This document shows, piece after piece, positions 62,230 to 64,000 of a stretch of DNA of 64,000 bases. The notes under the pieces were generated by a model, which had not been told where the DNA came from, ran no database searches, and was given only the letters and a program-made list of their open reading frames with translations. The first letter of the stretch is position 1. Each line of letters opens with the position of its first letter. Location: contig RBZT01000633.1 of the NCBI GenBank assembly GCA_003693705.1, forward strand, positions 124,001 through 188,000, in the 5' to 3' direction. Both the position numbers and the translations under genes were made by a program. This DNA is from Polymyxa betae A26-41. Lineage: Eukaryota > Protista > Endomyxa: Phytomyxea.

Positions 62230-64000
62230 CTACAATCCGTGAAACGCTTGTAAAGTCGTTCGTTTTACTGGCGTTCCACGCATGGTTCGCTGTGTAGCTG
62301 AGTCAATTTTCACAGACACGTAGCTACCTACAGCAGGAAGCTCTAACTTTTCATCAAAGGTACTTCTCAGAGGAGTCTTCTGGAAGACGACTTTGATATT
62401 GGAATCAGAACGACCACTAAAGAAGTCGCCGGACCTGCATTTCCGATCAGAAGTGCCAACTATGTAACATTGAGATCGTCGAACCGTTTGCTGTCTCCCT
62501 CTATTAGTACGAGCTGAGTTGTTCCAACATATTTTTCAGCACGTTCTCGAGCCATGTTATGGAAAAGGTTAGTCATTTCTGTCAGTCTCCTGGCTTTAAC
62601 ATCTTCCGGTACATCATCTTTCAGGTATGAATGGGCATGAGTTTTCTCTCTAAATAGACTGTTACAACGGCGATAATCGCGTCTCTCATTGTTTAAACCT
62701 TGCGGAATACGCGAACATAAAAGCGTGTGAGTATCCGACATCTTTGATCAAGTCCTGCCCGTTATCAGGAAAAAACGCGGCGTTCATAAATCGGTGTCAT
62801 ACCAAAGTCATTCGATGATCGTCCTCTGTTTCCCCACAGAAGCCTGTGATGAAATCACTTGTAATAGCACAATCAGGTATCATTTCGTAAATGTTCCTAC
62901 AGTCAAATATTGAAAATCATTAATTAAGGAAGTTATCGATAGGCAACATACGAAATTAATTGCCTGTATGCTGTGCTAGTGTAGTCTCGCTTCATAGCAG
63001 CCAGAATAGCATCACTGCCACTTTGAGCTGGAATGTGCAATGAATTGCAAACATTCTTGTAGTTGGCGACAACCTACGAAAATAATAAAAGGAGATTCCT
63101 AAAGCGAGAAAATATGATACCTCTAAAAGGTCGTCTGGGAAATCTTTGGGGTGTGGTGAAGTGAAGCTGAAAATAAGGTAAGCGATGAGCAGGCCTTTAA
63201 GAAAGCCAAACATACCGAATTCTCAATTCCGGGTCGATCTCTGCACACTGGCGAAGCAATTCAGGAAACCGGACGCCCAATCGAAACGTTCTCTGTGTGA
63301 CCAATGTGAAGAGAGGAAACTCGATAACTAGAAAAAGTAACCTTGGTTTTTTGTGAGAATCCTTCTGTAAGATTGAAGTCTTTTAAGGTATAATTGCCCT
63401 TTGGCGCGCGGCTGATGTCATTGTACGAGTTGACATTCTGTCCGAGCAAAGTAACCTTTGCAGTTTTTAGAAGCTAACATAACAGTGGGAACAGTCAATA
63501 TCTTACCTCTCTAAATCCTTGTTCTGACAACCGACGAATTTCTTGTAAAATACTCTCAATGTCACGGCTTCGTTCGCGGCCACGGGTGTAAGGAACAATG
63601 CCTAAACAATGTTCACGCCTTTGATGGATGCTGAGGATTCAAAATCATACAGTATGAGCAAAGATTGTTGCATCCTCTCATAATCGAAACGAACGCAGAT
63701 ACATTGTTTGAACTGTGGCGAACTGGAGCGATATCTGCATAAGTCTCCTGAATAATACATGATGTTAACTGAATGCACCGCCGCAAAGCTCAATTTACAT
63801 CTAAAGACAGGATGACGTTCACAGCTGATTGGCCGTCACTGGCAATTGACAGCAATCTGGGAAGATCGCGATAGCTATCAGGTCCAGCTACAACATCCAC
63901 CAATTGATCGCTTTCAAGCAATTTTGTCTTTAAGCGTTCGGCCATGCTTAGCAAAGTCAAACGTTGTTGACAATCGCAGATGAGATCTTTACCATCCCAA
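62230..64000 (-). CDS. CDK5RAP1: tRNA methylthiotransferase CDK5RAP1/MiaB (radical SAM + TRAM), 5' end beyond the window
   Basis: [59 protein letters not shown]. Confidence 0.95.

Noticed and set aside
1-64000. Alternative genetic code or stop-codon readthrough as the cause of ORF fragmentation
   Set aside because: The breaks in conserved genes are explained by short GT/GC-AG introns, and TAA, TAG and TGA all terminate conserved proteins.

Overview
Gene-dense eukaryotic nuclear DNA with about 35 protein genes and one tRNA in 64 kb. Most introns are very short spliceosomal ones (about 45-60 nt), which is why the ORF track is fragmented. IFT43 indicates a flagellated stage. Compactness, intron size and gene content fit a protist such as a plasmodiophorid (Spongospora/Polymyxa-like), but that is inference only. 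Recognisable genes: NELF-C/D, ABHD4/Cld1-like lipase, TTC27, ALG12, GT77, PPR protein, PP7-like phosphatase, LYRM1, ADSL, PUB-domain protein, LRR membrane protein, TruB, bL25, BUD23, DnaJ, IFT43, PX protein, RPB5, FAM210-like, GFAT/GlmS, zf-4CXXC protein, anoctamin, USP4/15-like, CAP/PR-1, DPP3, HAUS2, AFG1, CDK5RAP1 and tRNA-Ser(GCU). I saw no CRISPR array, rRNA or intact transposon. The best lead is a GlmS/GFAT whose catalytic Cys1 lies behind a 37-aa bipartite mitochondrial-type presequence ending A-D-A|C, suggesting import-coupled activation in the intermembrane space. Other leads: a phosphatase with plant PP7 signature motifs that needs a 4-nt microexon, three GC-AG introns, a secreted CAP protein carrying a CAPE1-like peptide, and a tandem PFU-like repeat protein. 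All gene models were spliced and recognised by eye; no database searches were run.
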